This document shows positions 1-8,577 of a stretch of DNA of 37,681 nucleotides, one piece after another; the stretch's first letter is position 1; each line of letters begins with the position of its first letter. The DNA is from a bacterium (GTDB lineage: Bacteria > Acidobacteriota > Blastocatellia > HR10), in contig JBEPZV010000024.1 in the NCBI GenBank assembly GCA_041640655.1, forward strand, positions 1 through 37,681. The letters are read 5' to 3'. Made by a program: the position numbers and the translations under genes. A model generated the notes under the pieces. That model made no database searches. It had not been told where the DNA came from and saw nothing but the letters and a program-made list of their open reading frames with translations.

Positions 1-608
1 TCGTCATCAATCAGACGGAGGCCCTGGTGGCCATTGACGTGAACACGGGCAAGTTCGTCGGTAAGACCAATCGCTTCGAGGACACGATCACGCGCACCAA
101 CATCGAGGCGGCGCGCGAGATCGCCCGTCAGATTCGTCTGCGCGATCTCGGAGGGATCATCGTCCTTGACTTCATTGACATGGAGGAGCGGAAGAACCGG
201 CAGAAGGTCATGCAGGTGCTCGAGGAAGAGTTGCGGAAGGACCGCGCGCCAACGAAGATCCTCCAGTTCAACGATTTCGGCCTGGTCGCCATCACGCGCA
301 AGCGCGTCAAGCAGAGTCTGGAGCGGACGCTCTGCGAGCCCTGTCCGTATTGTCACGGGAGCGGACTGGTGAAGTCGCCGCAGACCGTCTGTCTGGAGAT
401 CTTGGATGAAGCCAAGCGCCTGGCGCTCGCGCAAGAGGTCGAGGACGGCAAGGAGGCGATCCTTCGCGTCCATCCTGAGGTGGCGCGCGCGCTGCGGGAG
501 AAGTACCCGAAGCTTCTCGAAGCGGTCGAGTCTTATCTGGGGGGCAATGTGACGGTCAAGGCCGATCCCTTGATCCATCAGGAGCAGTTCGACATCGCGT
601 TGGTCTGA
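1..608 (+). CDS. rng: Rne/Rng family ribonuclease (RNase G/E), 5'-truncated by window edge
   Basis: Frame is open from base 3 (VINQTEALVAIDVNTGK). RNase E/G motifs IDVNTG, RLRDLGGIIVLDFIDM and Zn-link CPYCHGSG; short C-terminus fits RNase G-like. Confidence 0.9.
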   Translation, partial: VINQTEALVAIDVNTGKFVGKTNRFEDTITRTNIEAAREIARQIRLRDLGGIIVLDFIDMEERKNRQKVMQVLEEELRKDRAPTKILQFNDFGLVAITRKRVKQSLERTLCEPCPYCHGSGLVKSPQTVCLEILDEAKRLALAQEVEDGKEAILRVHPEVARALREKYPKLLEAVESYLGGNVTVKADPLIHQEQFDIALV

Positions 609-712
609 GGCGCGGGGGCCTCGCGCGAGCCCGAGAGTCGCGGGGGGACCCCGCGTCTCGCCAAATGGAGGCCGGAGAGGGAAGCTCCCCTGAAGGTCTT
701 CGAGGTTCCGTG

Positions 713-741
713 TTGAAGTCCCTCTGCAGCTGTGGTACGCT
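713..741 (+). promoter_or_regulatory. sigma70-type promoter for TonB-dependent receptor
   Basis: TTGAAG (713-718), 17 bp, TACGCT (736-741) with extended TG; SD-like GGAGAGG before ATG 788. Confidence 0.55.
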
Positions 742-787
742 TAGGCCGACCACACAGCAGGTGAGGCCACGTATGGAGGGGAGAGGT

Positions 788-3700
788 ATGAATCGGCGGC
801 TCATCTTTTGGGTCCTTCTTTCTCTCAACCTGTGTCTGATGAACCCTGCGGTGGTCGCCGCGCGGCAGGCGCAAGCGGCCTCGGCCGATCTCACGGGCGT
901 CGTGCTCGATCCGCAGGCGCGCGTTGTCGTCGGGGCGACCGTGACGATCCGAAATCAAGCGACGAACCTCTCGCGTACGGCGACGACGGATGAGGCCGGA
1001 CAGTTTCGATTCCTCGCGCTCCCCCCCGGACGGTATGAGGTGACGGTCGAGGCGCCCGGGTTCGCCAAGGTCGTGAATCCGAACGTCATCCTCACGGTCG
1101 GACAGAGCGCCGAACTGAATGTGCGCCTGGAGGTCGCGCGCTTGGGCGAGGAGATCACCGTCGAGGCGGGGACCGAACTCATCGAGCGCACGCGCACGGC
1201 CGTGGTCGAGACCATCGATCAGCGGCGGATTGATTATCTGCCGATCAATGGGCGGAACTATCTCTTCTTCGCGCTGACCAGCTCGCTCGTGACGCGCGAT
1301 AATGCGCCGGCCATCGGCCCGGCCCCCACATCCGGGCTCAATTTCGGCGGACAACGCGCGCGGGGCAATAACGTGCAGGTGGACGGCGTGGACAACAACG
1401 ATAACTCCGTGAACGCCGTGCGCGCCACAGTCTCGCAAGAGGCCGTGCAGGAGTTTCAGATCATCGCCAACAGCTACAACGCCGAATTCGGGCGCGCCAC
1501 CGGCGGGGTCATCAACATCGTCACCCGTTCGGGGACAAACGAAGTGCACGGGAGCCTCTTCGGATTCATCCGGCATCGCTCGTTCCAGGCGACCAATGCC
1601 TTCGCGACCGAACCGGATCCGCCCTACACGCGCGTGCAGGCGGGGGCGACGCTCGGCGGCCCCTTTGTGCGCGACCGCCACTTCTATTTCTTCTCCTATG
1701 AGACGACGCGACGACAGGAGACCGGATTCTCCACGATCGGGCAGGGGAATTTCGATCTCGTCCCGGTGACCTTCGGTGGGGCGACGGGTCTGCTGACGCG
1801 CGAGCAAGCGGCGTTCGTCGCGAATCCCGCGGTGCCGGAAGCCCTGCGGGCCGCGTACTTCCGAACCCTGGCGGCGGCTTCGGCGACGGCGCTCTTCGGA
1901 AGCCCCATGGGGCCAGGCGGTCCGCGCGTCTTCCCGACGGGCGTTTCCTTGCCGCGCGGATTCCAACCGCTTCGCCCTTTGGGTGAGGATTATCCGATCT
2001 CGCAGCAGGTGAGCTTCTATCTGGCCAAGTTCGACCATCAGCTCTCGCCCGCGCACAAGCTCACGACGCGGCTCTCGGTGACGCCGAGCACGACGACCGG
2101 CGTCCAAACGACATCGCAGAATCAGCCCTTCGGGCAGAACGCCTTCTCGCGCACGGCCATCGAGCAGTTCCGCGACCTGGCCTTCGCCGCGCACGTGACG
2201 AGCATCTTCGGCGGCAATGTCGTCAACGAGGCGCGATTCCAGGCGGCGCGTCGCGGGCTCGGATTCAAACCGCAGAGCACGCAGGTCGCGGTCAACATCG
2301 CCGGATTCGCCTTCTTCGGGCAGGAAGCGTTCTCTCCCTTGGATCGCGTGGAGAAGCGGTTCCAGTGGATGGATAACCTCTCGCTCGTGCACGGCTCGCA
2401 CAGCTTCAAGTTCGGGACGGACATCAACTATCTCCCTCTGCGGGCCGATTTCCAGCTCTACTTTGGTGGCGTTTACAACTTCGGGCCGTTGCCGGCCTCG
2501 GTCCTGGATCCGAATCTGCGGATCGCCCCGCCGCTGACGGCCGTGCAGGCCTATGGACTCGGTCTGCCCCAGAATTTCATCCAGGGATTCGGCGATCCGC
2601 ACGTGGCGGGCTCGAATAAGACGTTCGCCGTCTTCGGTCAGGATAGTTGGCGACCGCGCGCGAATCTGACGCTCAACTACGGCGTGCGGTATGAGGTCGA
2701 GTTGACGCCGTCGCTGCCGCCGCCCACGCCACTTTCGGCCGAGGCCGAGCGGGTGTTGGGCTTGCTGGAAGGCATCGCGCGCGATTACAACAACGTGCAA
2801 CCGCGATTCGCCCTGGCGTGGGATCCGACCGGAAGCGGGAAGATGGTCATTCGCGCCGCCTACGGGATCTTCCATGACAAGTCGTTTCTGGCGACGTTCG
2901 CCAACGCGCGCATCGCCAATGGGACGCGCCATCTCGTGCTGCCGATCGGGGCGCCCGGACCGACGAGCGTGAATGCGGCGTCGCTCTTCCAGGGGGTGCT
3001 CAGGTTCCCCGGCTATCTCCCCGCCGAGCAGCGGTTCGATCCGAAGGCTCCGGCCTTCCAGACGCAAGAGGGCATCTTGCAGGTCAGTCCGCTGCTGCCC
3101 TTCATGCTCCCGACCTCGCGACGGAACGTCCTGCCCTATGCGCAGCATGCGAATCTGACGATCGAGCGGCAGCTCGTCTCGGATACGAGCGTGAGCGTCG
3201 CCTATCTCTTCGTGAAGGGGACGCATCTCAATCGTCCGCGCGAGATCAATCCGCCGCTCGTTCCGTTGCTGCTGCGGAACCGAGATCGTGCCGTTCAGCT
3301 GGGGCTCGCGGCACCGGGGACGAATCCGCTGCAAGTCACTGTCTTCGATCCGGCGGGTGGGGTCGTCCCGACGGCTTTCTTCAACTTCTTCCGTCCTTCG
3401 GGGCCGAACTTCGCCCTGCTGCAGCGCGCGGGCATCGGTCGCGAGCAAGCGTTGCAGATCGCGCGCGCGCTCGGCTTGCCCCAGGGGCCGGGCGTCTTCA
3501 TCCCCTACGCGCAGATCATCCTGCAGGAGACGGCCGGCAGTTCCACGCATCACGGCTTCTCGCTCAACATCAACAAGCGCTACAGCCGGAACTTTCAGTT
3601 CCTCGTGAGCTACGCCCTCTCGAAGACGATCGACGATTCGACCGATCTGCAATCGCAGCTCATCCCGCAGGACAGCTTCCGCGCCGATCTGGAACGGTCG

Positions 3701-4207
3701 CTCTCGAACTTCGATCAGCGGCATCGCTTCGTCCTGAGCGGCGTCTTCCAGAGCCCATATCGGCATTCGGACAGCGGTTTCTGGAGAAAACTGCTGGCCG
3801 ATTTCACCTTCGCGCCGATTCTGGAGCTGTCCTCGGGGCGACCCTTCACGATCTATCTCGGACAGGACAACAACTTCGACACGAGTCCGTATAACGATCG
3901 TCCGAACCTCATCGGTCCGCCGACGCGCGAGCGACCGTTTGGCCTCTTCGCCGTCCCGCCCGAGGGGCAGATCGGAAATCTCGGACGGAATACGGGCATG
4001 CGTCCGGGGTTCGCCAGTCTCGACCTTCGGCTCACGCGCGCATTCTTCCTCACCGAGCGATGGCGCCTGGATGCCATCTTCGAGGTGTTCAACACGTTCA
4101 ATCGCGTCAACGTGAGCGACGTGAGTAACAACTTCCTGACGGCGGGACAGCCGACCTCGGCCTTCGATCCGCGCCAGATTCAGTTGGCGTTGAAGATCGT
4201 GTTCTGA
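788..4207 (+). CDS. Oar-like TonB-dependent receptor with N-terminal carboxypeptidase-regulatory-like domain
   Basis: Signal peptide; G.V.D..G..V.GATVT N-domain; LPINGRNY; plug motif AVQEFQI...AEFGRATGGVINIVTRSGTNEVHGS; FGQDSW; C-terminal PRQIQLALKIVF with terminal Phe. Start at ATG 788 after GGAGAGG. Confidence 0.92.
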   Translation: MNRRLIFWVLLSLNLCLMNPAVVAARQAQAASADLTGVVLDPQARVVVGATVTIRNQATNLSRTATTDEAGQFRFLALPPGRYEVTVEAPGFAKVVNPNVILTVGQSAELNVRLEVARLGEEITVEAGTELIERTRTAVVETIDQRRIDYLPINGRNYLFFALTSSLVTRDNAPAIGPAPTSGLNFGGQRARGNNVQVDGVDNNDNSVNAVRATVSQEAVQEFQIIANSYNAEFGRATGGVINIVTRSGTNEVHGSLFGFIRHRSFQATNAFATEPDPPYTRVQAGATLGGPFVRDRHFYFFSYETTRRQETGFSTIGQGNFDLVPVTFGGATGLLTREQAAFVANPAVPEALRAAYFRTLAAASATALFGSPMGPGGPRVFPTGVSLPRGFQPLRPLGEDYPISQQVSFYLAKFDHQLSPAHKLTTRLSVTPSTTTGVQTTSQNQPFGQNAFSRTAIEQFRDLAFAAHVTSIFGGNVVNEARFQAARRGLGFKPQSTQVAVNIAGFAFFGQEAFSPLDRVEKRFQWMDNLSLVHGSHSFKFGTDINYLPLRADFQLYFGGVYNFGPLPASVLDPNLRIAPPLTAVQAYGLGLPQNFIQGFGDPHVAGSNKTFAVFGQDSWRPRANLTLNYGVRYEVELTPSLPPPTPLSAEAERVLGLLEGIARDYNNVQPRFALAWDPTGSGKMVIRAAYGIFHDKSFLATFANARIANGTRHLVLPIGAPGPTSVNAASLFQGVLRFPGYLPAEQRFDPKAPAFQTQEGILQVSPLLPFMLPTSRRNVLPYAQHANLTIERQLVSDTSVSVAYLFVKGTHLNRPREINPPLVPLLLRNRDRAVQLGLAAPGTNPLQVTVFDPAGGVVPTAFFNFFRPSGPNFALLQRAGIGREQALQIARALGLPQGPGVFIPYAQIILQETAGSSTHHGFSLNINKRYSRNFQFLVSYALSKTIDDSTDLQSQLIPQDSFRADLERSLSNFDQRHRFVLSGVFQSPYRHSDSGFWRKLLADFTFAPILELSSGRPFTIYLGQDNNFDTSPYNDRPNLIGPPTRERPFGLFAVPPEGQIGNLGRNTGMRPGFASLDLRLTRAFFLTERWRLDAIFEVFNTFNRVNVSDVSNNFLTAGQPTSAFDPRQIQLALKIVF

Positions 4208-4243
4208 ATGGGGCTCGGTCAGTGGGCGATCGAATCTCACCCG

Positions 4244-4268
4244 GGGCGCGTCTCAGGCGCGCCCTCTT
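4244..4268 (+). terminator. probable intrinsic terminator between convergent genes
   Basis: GGGCGCGTC-TCA-GGCGCGCCC hairpin followed by TCTT. Confidence 0.45.
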
Positions 4269-4277
4269 GATGATCGC

Positions 4278-5519
4278 TCATTGTCCGAGCAGTGCGGAGA
4301 CGAAGGCGTCCAGGCGATCAAGCGGCTGATAGCCGCGGATGAGCCGACCGTTGATGATGAGTGTGGGGGTAGAATCTACGCCCGAGCGTTCGGCCAGAAG
4401 AATATCCTGAGCGAGTCGCCGTTGGATCGCCGCATCGCGTTCGGCGCGTTCCAGATCCAGGCCATAGCGCTGCGCGATCTCCTGAATGCGCTCTCGCGTG
4501 AGCGATTCTTGCGCGCGCCAGATCTCGTGCGACCAGGCCTCGAAGACACCGCGACGGTGCGCGTCAATGGCGAGCCGCGCCAGCAGGCAGGCGAAGGGAT
4601 GGGCCGTTTGCGTCAAGCGGAGATTGCACGATCGGTCGAGCGGATAGTGCCGATAGATGACGCGCACCTGGCGCGGACGACGCGCGAGGAGTTCTCGCAG
4701 GGCTTCTGTCTGTAGCTTGCAGTAGGGGCATTGCAGGTCCGTGAAGTAGACGATCGTGATCGGCGCACCCGGGCTTCCGAAGACCGGGCTCAGGGCATCT
4801 ATCGCCGTGAGATCAGGCACTTCGGAGACGGCGGGCGTCCGTTCCAATGCCCGCCTCGATTCCGTGGGCGTCGGCGGCGCCGGGCGCGCGTACCAGTTCA
4901 GGGGAACGATCACCAGAGCGCCCAGAGCCACCGAAGGCCAGAGCGGACGCCAAATCGCCCCTGTGGGTCGAACCGTGCGCGCCTGCTGCAGCAGGCGAAT
5001 CCCGAAGATGAGCAAGCCGAGATCCGCGATCCAACTGACGGCGCAACCCAGGCACAGCGCGCGAAGGCGCACCAGGGAGACGGTCGGCAAGACCACTACC
5101 CCGATGGCGAAGGGGAGGATCAAAAGCGCCGTCGAGAGGACGTCGTCCGCGGGGGCGCGTCGCGAGCGCTCACGCTGAGCCGAGGAGAATCGGCGCATGA
5201 TCCACGTGGCGTGCGCAATGAGCGCTGCATACCCCCCTGCTCCCCACACGGCGAGCGGCAAGCCGAAGAGCCGACTCCAGGAGGAGGCCGCCACGCGATC
5301 GCAATTGACGAAAGCGCTCACGTTGCAAAGCGCCTGGTCACCGGCTCCGGAGAGGAAGAGCTTATAATGCCACGTGAGATAGAGCGCCGAGAGCAGTCCC
5401 AGGGCGGCCGAACGTCGGATCCACCGATAGGTCCTGAGGAGCGCGCCGGCATCGAGCGAGGTCTCCAGGCGCGCCGTACGCCCATGCGAACGCGCCGCCT
5501 GTTGCTTCTTCGATTTCAT
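4278..5519 (-). CDS. VKOR (vitamin K epoxide reductase family)-DsbA/thioredoxin fusion disulfide-bond protein
   Basis: VKOR loop Cys pair (CNVSAFVNC..V..S.WS.LFGLP), TM helices and active-site CLGC; C-terminal DsbA domain GSPGAPITIVYFTDLQCPYC, RHYPL, GVDSTPTLIING. Confidence 0.88.
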   Translation of the reverse strand: MKSKKQQAARSHGRTARLETSLDAGALLRTYRWIRRSAALGLLSALYLTWHYKLFLSGAGDQALCNVSAFVNCDRVAASSWSRLFGLPLAVWGAGGYAALIAHATWIMRRFSSAQRERSRRAPADDVLSTALLILPFAIGVVVLPTVSLVRLRALCLGCAVSWIADLGLLIFGIRLLQQARTVRPTGAIWRPLWPSVALGALVIVPLNWYARPAPPTPTESRRALERTPAVSEVPDLTAIDALSPVFGSPGAPITIVYFTDLQCPYCKLQTEALRELLARRPRQVRVIYRHYPLDRSCNLRLTQTAHPFACLLARLAIDAHRRGVFEAWSHEIWRAQESLTRERIQEIAQRYGLDLERAERDAAIQRRLAQDILLAERSGVDSTPTLIINGRLIRGYQPLDRLDAFVSALLGQ

Positions 5520-5528
5520 CGGAGGCAG

Positions 5529-5557
5529 AGTATAGTGATCTCGCCGCGGCTTTTCAA
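5529..5557 (-). promoter_or_regulatory. sigma70-type promoter, near-leaderless, for VKOR-DsbA
   Basis: Minus strand: TTGAAA, 17 bp, TATACT, then 9 nt to ATG with no SD. Confidence 0.6.
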
Positions 5558-6483
5558 CGCGCGGCGATGGCTTCCTCAGGAGGACGGAAGTGAGGCGTGC
5601 GCCAGAGCCAGAGGCTCGTTCCGATCAGCAAGCCGGTCACCAGGAGGCCCCCTTCCGGACCATAGCTCCCGCCGGTGAGCCACGCCGGACCTTCTTGAGT
5701 CGCGCGACAGAGTGACGCACCGATGCGGTCCTGGATCCCGCTCACCGTCAATCCGTAGATGGCGCTCATCGTGAAATTCCATCCGGCGTGCAGGCCGATC
5801 GGCAGCCAGAGCCGACGCGTCTTCAGATACGCGATCGAGAGCCACACGCCCGCCAAGACCGTGTTGCAGACGCCGAGCGTGGAGGCGTTCGGATTCCCCG
5901 CATGTCCGAGCCCGAACAGCAGCGAGGGCGCACTCACGGCGATGGCCGGATGCACATCCAGAAGCAGCGTCTGCAGGGGGTATCCGCGAAAGAGCAGTTC
6001 CTCAAAGGCGGCGGCCACGTTGAAGAAGAGGAGAGCGGCGAGCATTCCCCGAATCATCTCGCCAAGGGGGCGCTCCACCCAGCTCAGGTGCAGGCGGCCG
6101 AGCAGTCCCGCGGCGAGAACGAGCACCGTCATCATCCCCGCGGCGAGGCCGAAGCCGACGACGTATTCCCACCATCCGCGCGCTCGCCACTGAAGGCCCA
6201 AACTGCGAAAGGGGCGCCGATCGAGCCATCGGAGGCAAATGGCCGAGGCCGCGAGCGTCCCGCCGATCAGTGCGCCATAGGCGAGCAGGTGAAAGCCGAG
6301 TGCTTCTGCCGGGGCGCTCGGCCCATCGCTCATCGGGGTGACGTCCGTCAGAGCACCGTAGAGCGCACCGAGGATGACCCCTCCAAGCGGGCCGAACGCG
6401 AAAAAGAGCGCGAAGAACACGGAGGCGCGCCATCCGGCCCGCACGCGCCCGGCAGCATTGAAGAGGATCACCCTGGCCGTCAT
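5554..6483 (-). CDS. CPBP (Abi/CAAX protease self-immunity family) intramembrane metalloprotease
   Basis: EELLFRGY, FGLGH and H.GWN motifs with multiple TM segments. Start placed at ATG 6483 (MTARVILFN); the longer ORF overlaps the PPOX gene. Confidence 0.88.
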   Translation of the reverse strand: MTARVILFNAAGRVRAGWRASVFFALFFAFGPLGGVILGALYGALTDVTPMSDGPSAPAEALGFHLLAYGALIGGTLAASAICLRWLDRRPFRSLGLQWRARGWWEYVVGFGLAAGMMTVLVLAAGLLGRLHLSWVERPLGEMIRGMLAALLFFNVAAAFEELLFRGYPLQTLLLDVHPAIAVSAPSLLFGLGHAGNPNASTLGVCNTVLAGVWLSIAYLKTRRLWLPIGLHAGWNFTMSAIYGLTVSGIQDRIGASLCRATQEGPAWLTGGSYGPEGGLLVTGLLIGTSLWLWRTPHFRPPEEAIAAR

Positions 6484-6490
6484 CGCGTCT

Positions 6491-6519
6491 ATACTGGAGC
6501 AACGGGAACGGGCTGTCAA
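6491..6519 (-). promoter_or_regulatory. putative promoter, leaderless, for CPBP protease
   Basis: Minus strand: TTGACA, 17 bp, CAGTAT, 7 nt, ATG. Confidence 0.4.
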
Positions 6520-6551
6520 CGTGCGAGAAGGGGCTTCGTCGCGCGGGCGAT

Positions 6552-6580
6552 TTGTCGAACGCGCATTGGTGCTGTAGGCT
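6552..6580 (+). promoter_or_regulatory. putative promoter, leaderless, for PPOX gene
   Basis: TTGTCG, 17 bp, TAGGCT, then 8 nt to ATG 6589; no SD. Confidence 0.5.
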
Positions 6581-6588
6581 ATGTGAGT

Positions 6589-7017
6589 ATGCTGACGCCG
6601 CGGGCCGAAGCGTTGATCCAGAGAGCGCGCGTAGCGCGCTTGGCGACGGCCAGTCCGGAGGCCGAACCGCACGTGGTGCCCATCTGCTTCGCTTACGACG
6701 GGATGGCGTTCTATTCTGTCCTCGACGCAAAGCCCAAGCGCGTCGCCTCTGAGCGCTTGAAGCGCGTGCGGAATATTCGCGCGAATCCGCGCGTCGCTCT
6801 GCTCATTGATGAATACGACGAGGAGTGGAGCCGGCTGCACTATGTGCTCATTCTGGGAGAGGCGGAACTGCTCACTTCGGGCGAAGAGCATGCGCGCGCG
6901 CTCGCGCGACTTCGAGAGAAATATCCGCGCTATCGGGAGATGTCGCTGGATGCGGCCGTGATGATCAAGATTCGACCGCGTCGGGCGATCTTCTGGAGCG
7001 CTGCCGAGGCCCCGTGA
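6589..7017 (+). CDS. pyridoxamine 5'-phosphate oxidase-like (PPOX class, Rv0121-like, possibly F420-binding) oxidoreductase
   Basis: ARVARLAT...PHVVPICF; D.KPK....LKRVRNIRANPRVALLIDEYDEEWSRL is typical of the Rv0121-type split-barrel family. Confidence 0.85.
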   Translation: MLTPRAEALIQRARVARLATASPEAEPHVVPICFAYDGMAFYSVLDAKPKRVASERLKRVRNIRANPRVALLIDEYDEEWSRLHYVLILGEAELLTSGEEHARALARLREKYPRYREMSLDAAVMIKIRPRRAIFWSAAEAP

Positions 7018-7024
7018 GGCCTCC

Positions 7025-7053
7025 TTGAACTTCCCCGCGCGGGCGCCTACACT
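7025..7053 (+). promoter_or_regulatory. sigma70-type promoter for decarboxylase-apgM
   Basis: TTGAAC, 17 bp, TACACT; strong SD GGAGGAGG before ATG 7086. Confidence 0.6.
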
Positions 7054-7085
7054 ACGGCTCTTTGAACGATCGGGGAGGAGGGGAT

Positions 7086-8558
7086 ATGGAGCGTGCCACG
7101 ACAGCCGCATCGGACATGCCCTTGGAGGAATTTCGGCGGTTCGGGCATCAGCTCGTGGAGTGGATCGCCGAGTATTTGGCGGAGATCGAACGATACCCGG
7201 TCTTGGCGCGGGTTCGGCCGGGAGAGGTGCGCGAGCGCTTGCCGGCGCATCCGCCGGCCGAAGGGGAGTCGTTCGAAGCGATCCTGCAAGATTTCGAGCA
7301 GATCGTGCTGCCCGGGATCACGCATTGGAATCATCCCGGCTTCATGGCGTACTTCGCGATCACGGGGTCTGGACCGGGGATTCTCGGTGAGCTGCTCGCG
7401 GCAGCGCTCAACGTGAACGCCATGCTGTGGAAGACGTCGCCGGCGGCGACCGAGCTGGAGGAGGTCGTGCTCGATTGGCTCCGGCAGATGCTCGGGCTGC
7501 CGTCGGAATTCGAGGGCGTCATCTACGACACGGCCTCGATCTCCAGCCTCTGCGCGCTGGCGGCGGCGCGCGAGGCGCTCGGGCTCCAGGTGCGCGAGCG
7601 CGGACTGGCCGGACGGGCCGATCTGCCGCGCCTGCGCCTCTACATGTCCGAGGAGGCGCATTCTTCCATCGAGAAGGGGGCGATCGTGCTCGGCCTGGGG
7701 CAGGCGGGGGTGCGGAAGATTCCGACCGATGACGCTTTTCGTATGGACGTGCGCGCCCTGGAGCGCGCGATTGCGGAAGACCGGGCGGCCGGATGGCGAC
7801 CCTTTTGCGTCGTGGCGACCGTGGGGACCACGTCCACAACGAGCATTGATCCGGTCGCAGAGATCGCGCGCGTGTGCGCGCGCGAGGGGCTCTGGCTACA
7901 TGTGGACGCCGCGTATGCGGGGGCGGCGGCGATCGCGCCGGAGTTTCGCCATGTCCTGGACGGGTGCGAGCGCGCGGATTCGCTCGTCGTCAATCCGCAT
8001 AAGTGGCTCTTCACGCCGATTGACCTGAGCGCGTTCTACTGTCGGCGCATGGACGTGCTGCGGCGCGCCTTCAGCCTCGTGCCCGAATACTTGCGCGCGG
8101 AGGAGGAGGGGGTGCGGAATCTGATGGACTACGGGCCGCAACTCGGGCGACGTTTTCGCGCCTTGAAGTTGTGGATGGTCATCCGCTACTTCGGACGGGA
8201 AGGCCTGGCCGCGCGCATCCGGGAGCATGTGCGCCTGGCGCAGCAGTTCGCCACCTGGGTGGATGCCGATCCCGATTTCGAACGAATGGCGCCGACGCCG
8301 CTCAGTACGGTATGCTTCCGCGCGCGTCCGCGGTCGCTCGCGGCATCGGAAGCTGATCTGGATCGCTTCAACGAGGCACTGCTGGAAGCCATCAACGCCA
8401 CGGGCGAATGCTTCCTCTCGCACACGCGGGTGCGGGGGCGATTCACCCTGCGTCTGGCGATCGGGAATCTGCGCACGGGCGAGCGACATGTGCGCCGCGC
8501 GTGGGACGTGGTGCGCGCTCACGCGGCGCGCTTGCACGCCGAGTGGGGCTCGGCGTGA
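7086..8558 (+). CDS. group II PLP-dependent decarboxylase (aromatic-L-amino-acid decarboxylase-like)
   Basis: PGITHWNHP.F.AYF, SPAATELE, AHSSIEK, ATVGTT, LHVDAAYAG, NPHKW (PLP Lys) and LGRRFRALKLW. Confidence 0.92.
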   Translation: MERATTAASDMPLEEFRRFGHQLVEWIAEYLAEIERYPVLARVRPGEVRERLPAHPPAEGESFEAILQDFEQIVLPGITHWNHPGFMAYFAITGSGPGILGELLAAALNVNAMLWKTSPAATELEEVVLDWLRQMLGLPSEFEGVIYDTASISSLCALAAAREALGLQVRERGLAGRADLPRLRLYMSEEAHSSIEKGAIVLGLGQAGVRKIPTDDAFRMDVRALERAIAEDRAAGWRPFCVVATVGTTSTTSIDPVAEIARVCAREGLWLHVDAAYAGAAAIAPEFRHVLDGCERADSLVVNPHKWLFTPIDLSAFYCRRMDVLRRAFSLVPEYLRAEEEGVRNLMDYGPQLGRRFRALKLWMVIRYFGREGLAARIREHVRLAQQFATWVDADPDFERMAPTPLSTVCFRARPRSLAASEADLDRFNEALLEAINATGECFLSHTRVRGRFTLRLAIGNLRTGERHVRRAWDVVRAHAARLHAEWGSA

Positions 8559-8577
8559 CCTGAGCAGGAGGGAGAAG

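Noticed and set aside
632..662. Strong hairpin after rng as an ncRNA
   Set aside because: Short single stem (CGAGA..CGCGGGG/CCCCGCG.TCTCG) just after a stop codon; better explained as a terminator or mRNA-stabilising hairpin.
578..4240. 1220-aa ORF antisense to the first TonB receptor
   Set aside because: Shadow ORF in mirror frame, expected from biased codon usage at high GC; Arg-rich, with no recognisable motifs.
6484..7110. N-terminal extension of the CPBP protease ORF, and similar extensions of the apgM, PD40, PPOX, pgeF, DUF72, kelch and BNR ORFs in the track
   Set aside because: The extensions overlap neighbouring genes or promoters; family homology, SD sites and promoters point to downstream starts.
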